IMG/VR virus record: IMGVR_UViG_3300050505_000468
Span: 1 to 64,000 of that record
DNA from: a virus
Taxonomy: Duplodnaviria; Caudoviricetes
Strand: one strand, 5' to 3'
DNA length: 64,000 bases
A model generated the notes under the pieces. It was not told the DNA's origin. It saw only the letters and a list, made by a program, of their open reading frames with translations, and did not search any database. Positions 29,910-38,932 of the stretch are shown in pieces (the stretch's first letter is position 1; each line of letters opens with the position of its first letter). A program made the translations under genes and the position numbers.

Positions 29910-29993
29910 CCGAGCTTGTCAGAGACCGCGGCGCCCGGTGAGAAACGCCGGGTGCGCGAGGCTACTCTACCAGCGCGCTTACTCCGCTGTCGA
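29910..29993 (-). promoter_or_regulatory. leader and promoter of the short-spacer array
   Basis: TCAGAGACC...CGAG leader motifs; TCGACA-N18-TAGAGT on the - strand. Confidence 0.6.
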
Positions 29994-30620
29994 CTACGGC
30001 TGGAGGGACAGGGTGACGAGCGAGGTCGGGACGACGATCAGGATCATCGTGGCGCTCACGGTGCCGTTGGTGCCGGTGCCTACCAGGCTGTAGGTGAACG
30101 TCCCGGCGCCAGGCGTATCGACGCCGAGGTCGGATCCGTACTTCACATCGAGCACATCGATCGCCGGAAGGAGAATGGTGGGGTGCAAGAAGGCTGCACC
30201 GCCGGAATCTACCTGAAGGACGATATCGGCCGTTGTTTCGCCGCCGGCCTCGCAGCGCGCGCTCAGCCAGATCACGACCGACTCGTCGGCCGCTACGGGA
30301 ATGTCCTGGGTGAGCAGGGTCACCGTGCCGTCGACCGGAATATCGTCGCTGTTCTCGAGCACGAAGATCGCGCCGAGGCCGGTGCCCGATGACGACTCCC
30401 TGATCCAGCGGCCTGGGCCATTGATGGGGCCGACCACGTTCACGTTGTCCGGCGTCGCCGTCGAAAACAGGCTGAAGCGGTAGCGAGCGTTGGCCGCCGT
30501 CACCCAGCAGATCGCCCCATCGGGGAGCTTGTCCGTGATGTAGTTCTCGAGTGCATCGTCGGCGCCGAGCACGGTGGCGCGCGGGCCGAGGATACGAAGG
30601 GCAACAGCGGAGATGTCCAT
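29994..30620 (-). CDS. putative virion spike/receptor-binding protein (paralog 2)
   Basis: N-terminal ~75 aa nearly identical to 30635-31273; beta-rich C-terminus. Confidence 0.6.
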   Translation of the reverse strand: MDISAVALRILGPRATVLGADDALENYITDKLPDGAICWVTAANARYRFSLFSTATPDNVNVVGPINGPGRWIRESSSGTGLGAIFVLENSDDIPVDGTVTLLTQDIPVAADESVVIWLSARCEAGGETTADIVLQVDSGGAAFLHPTILLPAIDVLDVKYGSDLGVDTPGAGTFTYSLVGTGTNGTVSATMILIVVPTSLVTLSLQP

Positions 30621-30634
30621 GACGCGGGCGATCC

Positions 30635-31273
30635 TTAGGCGAAAGTGCCGATCGAGGTGAGGGGCGCGGTGTAGGTGACCATGCCGATGCCGGCGATGAC
30701 GAGGGAGTTCCCGCCGGCGAGCGCCGCCGAGATGGCGAGTACGACGGGGCCCGCCTCGGTGGCGTCGATCAAGATCGGCACGTTCACCGCAATCTCGTTG
30801 CCAGCCAGGTTCGGGATGGGGATTTCGATCATCACGCTGGCGCCGGTCGAGCCCTGACGCGCGGTCACGCGCAGCACCGTGGGTGTGGTGACCGTGCAAG
30901 TGATCGTGATGACCGCAGTGCCCACCCGGAAAGCGCCCGGCTCGGCGGGAAACGAATCGGAGGTCGTGATTGTGACCGTGCTCGATCCGCTCGTGATCGT
31001 GCCAAGGCTCGCGCCGCCGTCGAAGGCAAGGCCGGGGTTGCCCGCGCTCTCCTTCAGCCACTGCCCGGGCCCGTGGATCGGATCCACGATATTGATCCCG
31101 TCCGCCGTCGCCGCCGAATCGAGGTGGAGGCGGAAAAGGGCAGCCGCTGCGGTAACCCAGCACACGGACCCGTCGGGCAATGGGTCGGTGATGTAGTTCT
31201 CGAGCGAATCGCCGGCGCCGAGAACGGTCGCGCGGGGGCCTAGAATGCGCAGGGCAACAGAGGATTGGTCCAT
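30635..31273 (-). CDS. putative virion spike/receptor-binding protein (paralog 1)
   Basis: VALRILGPRATVLGA...ENYITD.LPDG..CWVTAA...GPG.W; preceded by a GATTT-class promoter. Confidence 0.6.
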   Translation of the reverse strand: MDQSSVALRILGPRATVLGAGDSLENYITDPLPDGSVCWVTAAAALFRLHLDSAATADGINIVDPIHGPGQWLKESAGNPGLAFDGGASLGTITSGSSTVTITTSDSFPAEPGAFRVGTAVITITCTVTTPTVLRVTARQGSTGASVMIEIPIPNLAGNEIAVNVPILIDATEAGPVVLAISAALAGGNSLVIAGIGMVTYTAPLTSIGTFA

Positions 31274-31420
31274 GAGGATGGATGACACCAGCCTCCTGGC
31301 CCCTGGGTCAATAAATCCACCCAAAACTTTGCCGGGAAAGCGCTCGCCGCGAATCCCATACGCCCGTCTCGGGATATCCGCTCCCGAAATGCTCCGCGAG
31401 CCGACACTCGTCGCATGGCC

Positions 31421-31890
31421 GTCCCGAGCTTATGCGCGCCCGGGATGCTCTTAACAACCTTGCTTGACCGCCGACAAACCGGGGCGGACGTCCCGAACTC
31501 ATCGCGCCCGGGATGCTCTTCACAGTTTGAGTGCCAGCAGCTCGATTTGCTGGCGCGCACGGTCCCGGGCTCATCGCGCCAGGGATGCTCTTCACAGTCC
31601 GGCCAAGGCCATCGGCGAGTGAAGTCGCCGGCGAGGTCCCGAGCTCATCGCGCTCGGGATGCTCTTCACAGCCGGACGATCACATGTGCGTGTCACTCAC
31701 GCGGCGGTCCCGAGCTCATCGCGCTCGGGATGCTCTTCACAGATGGAAAGCGCCGAAAACGGTGGGACCGAAGCGGGAACGTCCCGAGCTCATCGCGCTC
31801 GGGATGCTCTTCACAGTTGAGGAACGCGTAGAGCCTCTTGACCTCTACCATCGTGTCCCGAGCTCATCGCGCTCGGGATGCTCTTCACAG
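31421..31890 (-). CRISPR. CRISPR array, 7 repeats of 36 nt, ~32-38 nt spacers
   Basis: Repeats at 31421, 31490, 31562, 31636, 31707, 31781, 31855; degenerate copies at the left (trailer) end. Confidence 0.96.
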
Positions 31891-31997
31891 TTGTGTTGTC
31901 AGAGACCAGTACGGACGCTGGGTTAGGGTGCGGGTTTCGAGATCCCGGCGAAACTGTACGGTTTGGGGATCCTAACGCCCATCGCAGAAGCCGTCCA
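31891..31997 (-). promoter_or_regulatory. CRISPR leader and promoter
   Basis: TCAGAGACCAG motif; TGGACG-N17-TAGGAT on the - strand. Confidence 0.65.
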
Positions 31998-32039
31998 CGG
32001 TGCGTCCAAATTGCCGCAGCTCAAGGCTAATGTCCGATC

Positions 32040-32087
32040 GGCGAGCGGCGGCGGATGATTTCGATCCACTCCGCCGCTCGCCTTTTT
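32040..32087 (+). terminator. strong hairpin with T-tract (intrinsic terminator-like)
   Basis: GGCGAGCGGCGG/CCGCCGCTCGCC 12-bp stem followed by TTTTT on + strand. Confidence 0.65.
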
Positions 32088-32110
32088 GCGGTCAATGATC
32101 CCGAACTACC

Positions 32111-34831
32111 TCACTCGTCGCCGTTCAGAACCCCGTCATCATCGCGATCGACACCGAACCGATAGCCTGTGCCGAGTGGCATGCAGGTAAAGGTCAGGGC
32201 GTCGTGCGAGGCATGCGCGGACTGAAGCACGGTCGCCGTCGGTACGACTCCCGTCGAGGCCTGGTCAGTTTGGAACTGACTGCCGCCAAGGTAGGAGTAG
32301 CCGTGGACGCAACCGTTGACGACGCCGCGGGCGACAAGGTCACAGTCCCCTGCGTCCGCACGCGCCAGAAGCAGCGTGAGGCGTGCCAAGGATGCGGCCA
32401 GCGGGTGATTGGAAATCGTTGCCTGCTGACCCACGATCGGCTTGTGGTTCGTGGGGAACGAGAACAGGAACGACTCCACTTGACGGCGTAGCGGATCGCC
32501 GGCCTCTCCACTTGGAAACCCTTCAGGGTTCGGAAAGAAGGGGAAGGCTTGCGAAAAGCCGATCGCGTGGAGAAACCTGAACACGCTGTCGGCGTCGCCG
32601 GCATTGCTGTAGCCGAAGCCGCGGATTTGATCACCCATGAAACCCATCTGGCCCGGGATCGGCTCGACACCCGGCGTCCCGTCGGGCAACCCGAACATGC
32701 CGATCTTGGTGTAGAGGTTTCTGAGGTGCGGGATCTTCACGGCTTGATTGAATCCGCCGATCGTCGCTTCCTCGCCGTCCGTTCCGAAGAATCCCGGAAA
32801 CCGGACGCCGAATTCACTGTTGGCTTGCGGATCGAGGCGATGGCAACCCTGGCAACTGATGAAGCCTTCGGATTGTCTGGTGAAGAAGAAATTCTGACCC
32901 GCTGCCTGGTCTGACGTCAGCGAATCGTCGAGATTTCTGTTCGGGTTCGGTGGGTACATCACCTGGGTTTGGAAATCGATGTAGGCCTGCATGTCGGACG
33001 CCGCCAATTCCGAATCGCGACCCAAGAGACCCACGAAGCCTGCTTGGAACTGGCGGAGTGCCTCGCGTTCATTGAAGGCGCCGCTGTCCGGCTGCGCGTT
33101 CGGCTCGGTCAAAGAACCGGTTCGATCGCCACGCCAGTGCATGGGGCCGTGATTGGCAAGACCGCGAAGGCTTTGCGTGGTCATCGGGCCCTTCATCGGC
33201 GCAAAGGACGGATCGGTCACGAACGGGTTCAACATGATCTTGAAGGGGTTGTTGTTCACCTCCGGATCACCATCCGGATCTCCAAGCGTCCAGCCGATGT
33301 CGTCGTTGTCGCTGAACACGTGGCAGGTCGCGCAGGCCGAATCCCCGTGTGCGCTCAGGCGCGCGTTGTAGAGGAATGGCCGGCCGTGCGTGATGCTCGG
33401 CGGCTCGGGGTTGAACATTGCGACGTGATCGACCTCTTGCCGCGATTTGGTCTTCACGACCGAGATCGCGTTGTCGAAGCGCGTGAGCACGTAGAGCTGG
33501 TCGCGGTTCTCGTCGAGAACAATGCCCGTGGGGCCGCCGCCGGACACCGCAATCTGGTCGTCCGCGCTCGGCACGAAGGTGTCGTCCTCGAGCTTCTTCG
33601 TCTTGTAGATGCCTACCTTGCTCGAGCCCATGGCTGCTACGTAGAGGTTCGCCCCGTTCGAGGAGACCGCCATCTGGGTCGGTAGCGCCAAGCTGAGATC
33701 GCTTTCGGCATTCGGCACCGGATCGCAGCAGCTCGAGTAGTCGATATGCTTGTTCAAGTGCCGAGGGGCGACTCCGCCGCCGGGCGTGAGCACCGTGATT
33801 CGATTCCGGTTGTGATTGCCGCGTACGCTGTGGCCCGCGAAGATCCCCGGTCCCTCGAACCGCTGGTCGTTACGCGCGTCGGTGTTCGAGACGTAGATCT
33901 TCCCGCTGACCGGGTTCACGGCCATGTTGTAGAGCACCGTGCCGACGCCCTTGAAAAATCCACTGGGCACTTCCCGTGGGGGATTGGCCATGGCGTCGAT
34001 CGTGAACACGTCTTTGTCGGGCAACGCCAAGTTGACGTGCTCGTCGAACGTGCGGCCGATGTCGTCTACCCAGTGCGTCCCATCGAACTTCACGATCTGG
34101 GCCACGTGCGGCTGGTCGATGCCGGCGTGGTTCGTGGTAGGCGGCGCGTTCGGTAGACCCAAGAATTCGGTGATGATCGTGGTTTGGTTGCCCGTCTTGA
34201 ACCCGGCCGCGTAGACTTTCTTGCCATCCGGGGAGACAGCGAGGGCGCGGGGCGTGTCCGAGAACAGCGTGATGATGCTGATCGGGCCGCCGGTGAGCGA
34301 TGCGTCGAGGTGACCCGTGTCGTAGACCCACACGTCGGCGCGACCTACGCCCGGTGTCGTGAGCTCGGGATCGAACGGGATGTTCTGCCCGCGGTGCGCG
34401 GTCGTAATGAACGCCCGGGAGCGCCCGGCACCGGCGAACACCACGTCCCGCGGTTCATCGCCGACATCGAGCGTTCGGGTGACCTTGCCGGATCCGCTCG
34501 AGTCGACTTCCACGATGCTCACGCTATCGGAGACGTGGTTCACGACCCAGATCTCGCTATTCGTGCGCGCAGCGACTGCCACGGGCTCGAGGCCCACAGG
34601 AATAGAGGCCTTGTGGTTGAGATGCCCATTGCCCGTTTGGAACACTTCGAGCCTGGCATCGGGGCTGTTCACCGCAAAAAGCAGCTGGCCGTTCGGTGAC
34701 AGCGCGAGGGGGCGCACCTGCCCGCTCTCGAATGTCACCACGTTATCGCTAGCAAAAGCTTTCTCGGACCACACCACTCCGATGCATACCAGTACGGCAA
34801 TATGCACCCACAACTTCAATTGGTTTCTCAT
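32111..34831 (-). CDS. secreted YVTN/YncE beta-propeller plus di-heme cytochrome c (peroxidase-like) protein
   Basis: Signal peptide, propeller repeats (VGLEPVAVA, VGDEPRDV), CATCH and CQGCH heme motifs, KIPHLRNLY. Confidence 0.85.
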   Translation of the reverse strand: MRNQLKLWVHIAVLVCIGVVWSEKAFASDNVVTFESGQVRPLALSPNGQLLFAVNSPDARLEVFQTGNGHLNHKASIPVGLEPVAVAARTNSEIWVVNHVSDSVSIVEVDSSGSGKVTRTLDVGDEPRDVVFAGAGRSRAFITTAHRGQNIPFDPELTTPGVGRADVWVYDTGHLDASLTGGPISIITLFSDTPRALAVSPDGKKVYAAGFKTGNQTTIITEFLGLPNAPPTTNHAGIDQPHVAQIVKFDGTHWVDDIGRTFDEHVNLALPDKDVFTIDAMANPPREVPSGFFKGVGTVLYNMAVNPVSGKIYVSNTDARNDQRFEGPGIFAGHSVRGNHNRNRITVLTPGGGVAPRHLNKHIDYSSCCDPVPNAESDLSLALPTQMAVSSNGANLYVAAMGSSKVGIYKTKKLEDDTFVPSADDQIAVSGGGPTGIVLDENRDQLYVLTRFDNAISVVKTKSRQEVDHVAMFNPEPPSITHGRPFLYNARLSAHGDSACATCHVFSDNDDIGWTLGDPDGDPEVNNNPFKIMLNPFVTDPSFAPMKGPMTTQSLRGLANHGPMHWRGDRTGSLTEPNAQPDSGAFNEREALRQFQAGFVGLLGRDSELAASDMQAYIDFQTQVMYPPNPNRNLDDSLTSDQAAGQNFFFTRQSEGFISCQGCHRLDPQANSEFGVRFPGFFGTDGEEATIGGFNQAVKIPHLRNLYTKIGMFGLPDGTPGVEPIPGQMGFMGDQIRGFGYSNAGDADSVFRFLHAIGFSQAFPFFPNPEGFPSGEAGDPLRRQVESFLFSFPTNHKPIVGQQATISNHPLAASLARLTLLLARADAGDCDLVARGVVNGCVHGYSYLGGSQFQTDQASTGVVPTATVLQSAHASHDALTFTCMPLGTGYRFGVDRDDDGVLNGDE

Positions 34832-34906
34832 TAGCCTATTCCTTTATTGGGGTCGCGATGACTCATCATATTTCATTTCTCCCTTTCACTCAAACGCTGT
34901 GCGGTT

Positions 34907-34990
34907 GTCCAGGGCTATGCGCGCCCGGGATGCTCTTCACAGACACCACTGCACGTCCCGGGCTACTTGCGCCCGGGATGCTCTTTACCG
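34907..34990 (-). CRISPR. two-repeat mini-array with a 12-nt spacer
   Basis: Divergent repeats at 34907 and 34955; spacer ACACCACTGCAC. Confidence 0.8.
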
Positions 34991-35791
34991 ATTCACCGCG
35001 TAGGCGGGGATCGGACGGGCCATCGAAAATCGTGTGGGCGTGTGGCCGGGATCGGTCACCATGAGCCCACTTGGCAGTCGTCCCATTTCGGGAATTTCGT
35101 ATTTGCGCCACCCGATGTTGTTCAGGTGCACATCGCGGAGGGCAATGCCCTTCGAGGTCAAGTGGTAGAGCGTGCCGCCGAGAAGTTCAGCGCCGGGGAG
35201 CTCCATCAATTTCTCGGCGTAGTTCAGCATGCCTTCGATCGAGCTTCTGACGCGGACGGACGGTTCGACGTTGTTCCAGGCGCCGTTTTCGTTGTGGTAG
35301 AGCTCGGCGTTCACCTTGTACTTGCCAAGCGCATAGCGGACCCGGTTGAAGCCAGCCTGACCCAGTTCTTGGAGCGTGCGTTCACTTGGGACGACGCCTG
35401 GCACTTGGGCGAGGAACATGTCTGCTTCTTCGCGCACGATCGCGAACACCGGAAACTCTTCCATCTCGAAGGGCATGTCCGGTAACAGACGAACGATGCG
35501 CGCCGACCGGGCAAGGCCGGCCATCAGCAGTGGGTCGAGTGTGCCGAGCTTCGACCACATGGGCGCTTCGGTAGGGTCCACGGTGATCTTGACGACCCAG
35601 GGGGATTCAAGCGCGTAGACGACGCCCCAGTGGCCCATGCCGAGCTCTTCGCCGAGCGGACCGAACTCGAGGGTCTTGGCGATGCGTACGCGCCGATCGG
35701 CCGGGGAAGCCCATTCGCGCAGGGTCGACGCAGGCGTCGGGGCCTTGAGCACCGTCTCGTGCCGGACGGTCGAATCTTGGGGCAGCGTCAT
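34985..35791 (-). CDS. protein kinase-like (PKL fold) protein
   Basis: LGMGHWGVVY, VVKIT, RDVHLNNI, DPG. Confidence 0.75.
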   Translation of the reverse strand: MTLPQDSTVRHETVLKAPTPASTLREWASPADRRVRIAKTLEFGPLGEELGMGHWGVVYALESPWVVKITVDPTEAPMWSKLGTLDPLLMAGLARSARIVRLLPDMPFEMEEFPVFAIVREEADMFLAQVPGVVPSERTLQELGQAGFNRVRYALGKYKVNAELYHNENGAWNNVEPSVRVRSSIEGMLNYAEKLMELPGAELLGGTLYHLTSKGIALRDVHLNNIGWRKYEIPEMGRLPSGLMVTDPGHTPTRFSMARPIPAYAVNR

Positions 35792-36129
35792 TTGGACAGG
35801 CGCCCAAGAAGGAACCCTGCCAGAAGGGAGACCGTGGCCACGCCGATGGCCACGGGAAGCGCGACGCTTTGCTCATCGCAGTTCGGCATTTGATCGATGT
35901 ACCGATTCATCCCGTCCCAGTCGCCCACGTAGCCGCGGATGATCTCGTCGCAGTGCGGGAGCGAGGGAAGGGCGCCCTGCTCTTTCACGCAGTTGTCGGT
36001 GCGCATGCCGTAGCAGTGGGGCAGAAGCGACACGGCGCGAACAGCCAGCGCGTGCTTCTGTTCGGCGGTCAGGTTTTTACCCTGCTCGAGCGCCTGATCT
36101 TTGGTGAGCTCACCGAGGGATGTGTACAT
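35788..36129 (-). CDS. Cys-containing protein with C-terminal TM anchor
   Basis: MYTSLGEL start; hydrophobic C-terminus. Confidence 0.55.
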   Translation of the reverse strand: MYTSLGELTKDQALEQGKNLTAEQKHALAVRAVSLLPHCYGMRTDNCVKEQGALPSLPHCDEIIRGYVGDWDGMNRYIDQMPNCDEQSVALPVAIGVATVSLLAGFLLGRLSK

Positions 36130-36134
36130 GGGAT

Positions 36135-36665
36135 TTACCTGAGGCCGCGTGGGCGCCGGCGGCCGACGTTGAAACACTGGAGCTTGCAAGGCCCGGTGTA
36201 GCCGATCTTCACTTGCATCACTTCTTCCGCGATGGCGTCTGCGATGAATTCTACGGGATCGCTGTCCCGATCTTCCCAGGATCGCATCCAGCGGGCCCAC
36301 TGATCGGGGTTGAAATCCTCGCGCCGGCGGCGGATGGCTGTTCGGTCCCTGCCCAGCGCAAACTCCCCGGGGTAGAGCGCATCGGTCGCGTGGCCGAGCT
36401 CGTGGGATAGGATGGCCAGGACGATCCGCTCGTCCTGTTCGGCGAGCTCGGGTGCCACGATGATTTCTGTTCCATCGTCCCGGCAGGCCCCAAAATGCCG
36501 GGGCGCATCGTGGACCCAGGGAGCCACTACAAACTCTGTCGATTGGCAGCGCACGAGCCCCGCTGTAACGAACTCCTCGAGCACGGCCTCGTAGTACGGC
36601 TCGAGAATCAGACTCGCTTCGTATACCGACAGATCGGTCTGGATTTCGGGGCAGGCACCGTTCAT
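36135..36665 (-). CDS. putative zincin metallopeptidase
   Basis: HELGH motif followed by EFIAD. Confidence 0.65.
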   Translation of the reverse strand: MNGACPEIQTDLSVYEASLILEPYYEAVLEEFVTAGLVRCQSTEFVVAPWVHDAPRHFGACRDDGTEIIVAPELAEQDERIVLAILSHELGHATDALYPGEFALGRDRTAIRRRREDFNPDQWARWMRSWEDRDSDPVEFIADAIAEEVMQVKIGYTGPCKLQCFNVGRRRPRGLR

Positions 36666-37078
36666 CGGGCGTGGCCGCGCGCTCCACCTGCGATCTGCTG
36701 GGCCAGGGCCGCGACCTGCTGCTGCGTAATCATGCCTGCCGCGATGCCAGCGCGGAGCTGGCGCTGCGCTTCATCCGGGGTAATCCGGAGCATCAGCGCT
36801 TCGTGGCACTGCGCGCAGCCGACGTTCGGGATCATGCCGCCTGCTCGGCGATCCATGTTCCAGCCCGGCGGAAGGCGCCCGTTGGCCGCGTACACGAACT
36901 CTTGCCAGAACACGGTGAGGTCATTCGGGTGACCCGACCGGTCGCAGTTCGTCGAGTAGGTGATCCCCTCGTTTCCGATCTTGGTCGTCGCCGAGTAGTG
37001 GTTGTCGACACCGAGGCCCGCAAGGACACCGAAGCCGTTGATGATGTTTCTCACGTCGTTCATGTCGTCGCGGCTCAT
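36662..37078 (-). CDS. hypothetical protein
   Basis: 138 aa; LAGLG motif; CAQC. Confidence 0.6.
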   Translation of the reverse strand: MSRDDMNDVRNIINGFGVLAGLGVDNHYSATTKIGNEGITYSTNCDRSGHPNDLTVFWQEFVYAANGRLPPGWNMDRRAGGMIPNVGCAQCHEALMLRITPDEAQRQLRAGIAAGMITQQQVAALAQQIAGGARGHAR

Positions 37079-37129
37079 AAATTCTGTTCTCCTTCAAACT
37101 TTGCCCATTACATCGTTCGGGGCGGCCAT

Positions 37130-37594
37130 TCAACTATCGGCGGCGCACTGCCGCTCGGTGACGCGCAAATCGTGTACGGCCGACTCCAGGTGGTCGTTCA
37201 TCAGCCGATCGAGCTCGTCGGGCGCGAAGATTTTCAGCGCTTCAGAAATGCCGTGCTCACCAACATACGCCTTGGCCCGGGCTATCGCTTGCGCTTTGAT
37301 CTCGGCCGCCACGGTCGGATCGATCCTGCCCGTCGCGCTTGCCGCCTTGATGTCTGCCACGGTCTCCTGCTGCGTCGCCTTCACCGCGATCACGATCGCG
37401 TCATACAGGCGCGCTACCACGCCCTTCACGTACTCGTGATCGGCGATGGCCTTCCGTGCCATGACCCAGCGCATCGTCTGGGCCGCCAGGCCTCCGATAA
37501 GGCCGATGGCGATGTTCACCAGCAGCGGGGTCAGCGATGCCGTGAGACCGGAGACGAGGTCGGTTAGGAAGGTGGACGCGGCGGCGAGCACCAT
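37130..37594 (-). CDS. holin-like membrane protein (LL-H-like)
   Basis: N-terminal TM, AVKATQQ...AIARAKAY...LESAVHDL pattern. Confidence 0.55.
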   Translation of the reverse strand: MVLAAASTFLTDLVSGLTASLTPLLVNIAIGLIGGLAAQTMRWVMARKAIADHEYVKGVVARLYDAIVIAVKATQQETVADIKAASATGRIDPTVAAEIKAQAIARAKAYVGEHGISEALKIFAPDELDRLMNDHLESAVHDLRVTERQCAADS

Positions 37595-37695
37595 GGGTCG
37601 ATTGTCGCAGCGGCTGGGCAAATGCGTCCAGAAATCCAGCGGGAACTTCGCCTGGTAGGCACGATCCCGGCAGGTTTGTGGAGCATGACGCGCTC

Positions 37696-38932
37696 GCCCC
37701 GAGCTCATCGCGCCCGGGGTGCTCTTTACGGCTGCAAAGGAAAGATTGACCTTGTCCCGAGCTCGTCGCGCCCGGGATGCTCTTACCGCGCGGTCGTTCC
37801 GTCCCGAGCTACGCGCGGCCCGGGATGCTCTTCACAGTTTGCAGGTCCGAGCGATTCACCGCAGTTCTGGCAGTCCCGAGCTCGTCGCGCCCGGGATGCT
37901 CTTCACCGAACGAATTCGATCGTGTCGACGACGGGCATCGCTACCCGTCCCGAGCTCATCGCGCCCGGGATGCTCTTCACAGTCATGGCTCTCACTACTC
38001 GCCGAGGCTTTGGACGCCGTCCCGAGCTATGCGCGCCCGGGATGCTCTTCACAGATTCTGCGACCGAGATCAGGCTAGGGTCATTCGCCGGTCCCGAGCT
38101 CATCGCGCTCGGGATGCTCTTCACAGCTTATACCGCTCGCGTGTCAACCTCGGACCTTGCTCGTCCCGAGCTCATCGCGCTCGGGATGCTCTTCACAGAG
38201 CGCGGGTGCCGACCTCGCCCAATGGGCCGCGTCCGTCCCGAGCTCATCGCGCTCGGGATGCTCTTCACAGAGCGACGACGAAGTGCTCAGCGCGTCGACC
38301 GACATCGAGGTCCCGAGCTCATCGCGCTCGGGATGCTCTTCACAGTTTTGTTCGCAACGATCAACGCGAGAAGCTGCGCAACGTCCCGAGCTCATCGCGC
38401 CCGGGATGCTCTTCACAGCGAGTGACTCGGACGTATCAACGATTCCGGATTCGTGTCCCGAGCTCATCGCGCCCGGGATGCTCTTCACAGAGCAAGCGAG
38501 TGTAGGGGGAGCCGGGCAGCGCGCCAGTCCCGAGCTCATCGCGCCCGGGATGCTCTTCACAGCCCACATTCACCAACTCGCCGTCGCTCTGCATCTCGCG
38601 GTCCCGAGCTCATCGCGCCCGGGATGCTCTTCACAGCGAGGAGTGAGGAAAACAAATGCATGCGTCTTGTCCGTCCCGAGCTCATCGCGCCCGGGATGCT
38701 CTTCACAGTCGGCCTGGTTGTCGCCGCGCTCACTTGGGTCGCTAAAGCGTCCCGAGCTCATCGCGCCCGGGATGCTCTTCACAGAGAGGGCATCGGCGAC
38801 TTCCCCGTCCGTGATCGATCTGAAGTCCCGAGCTCATCGCGCCCGGGATGCTCTTCACAGGTGTTTGCGGTGTGCAGCGTGCTGCCGCACGAATGCGTCC
38901 CGAGCTCATCGCGCCCGGGATGCTCTTCACAG
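37696..38932 (-). CRISPR. CRISPR array, 18 repeats of 36 nt; 15 spacers of ~35-40 nt plus two short trailer spacers
   Basis: GTCCCGAGCTCATCGCGCYCGGGATGCTCTTCACAG repeated from 37696 to 38897. Confidence 0.98.

Noticed and set aside
31353-31385. Possible eighth, highly decayed repeat of the middle array
   Set aside because: Spacing fits but only ATCCC...CGGGAT remains, which is insufficient
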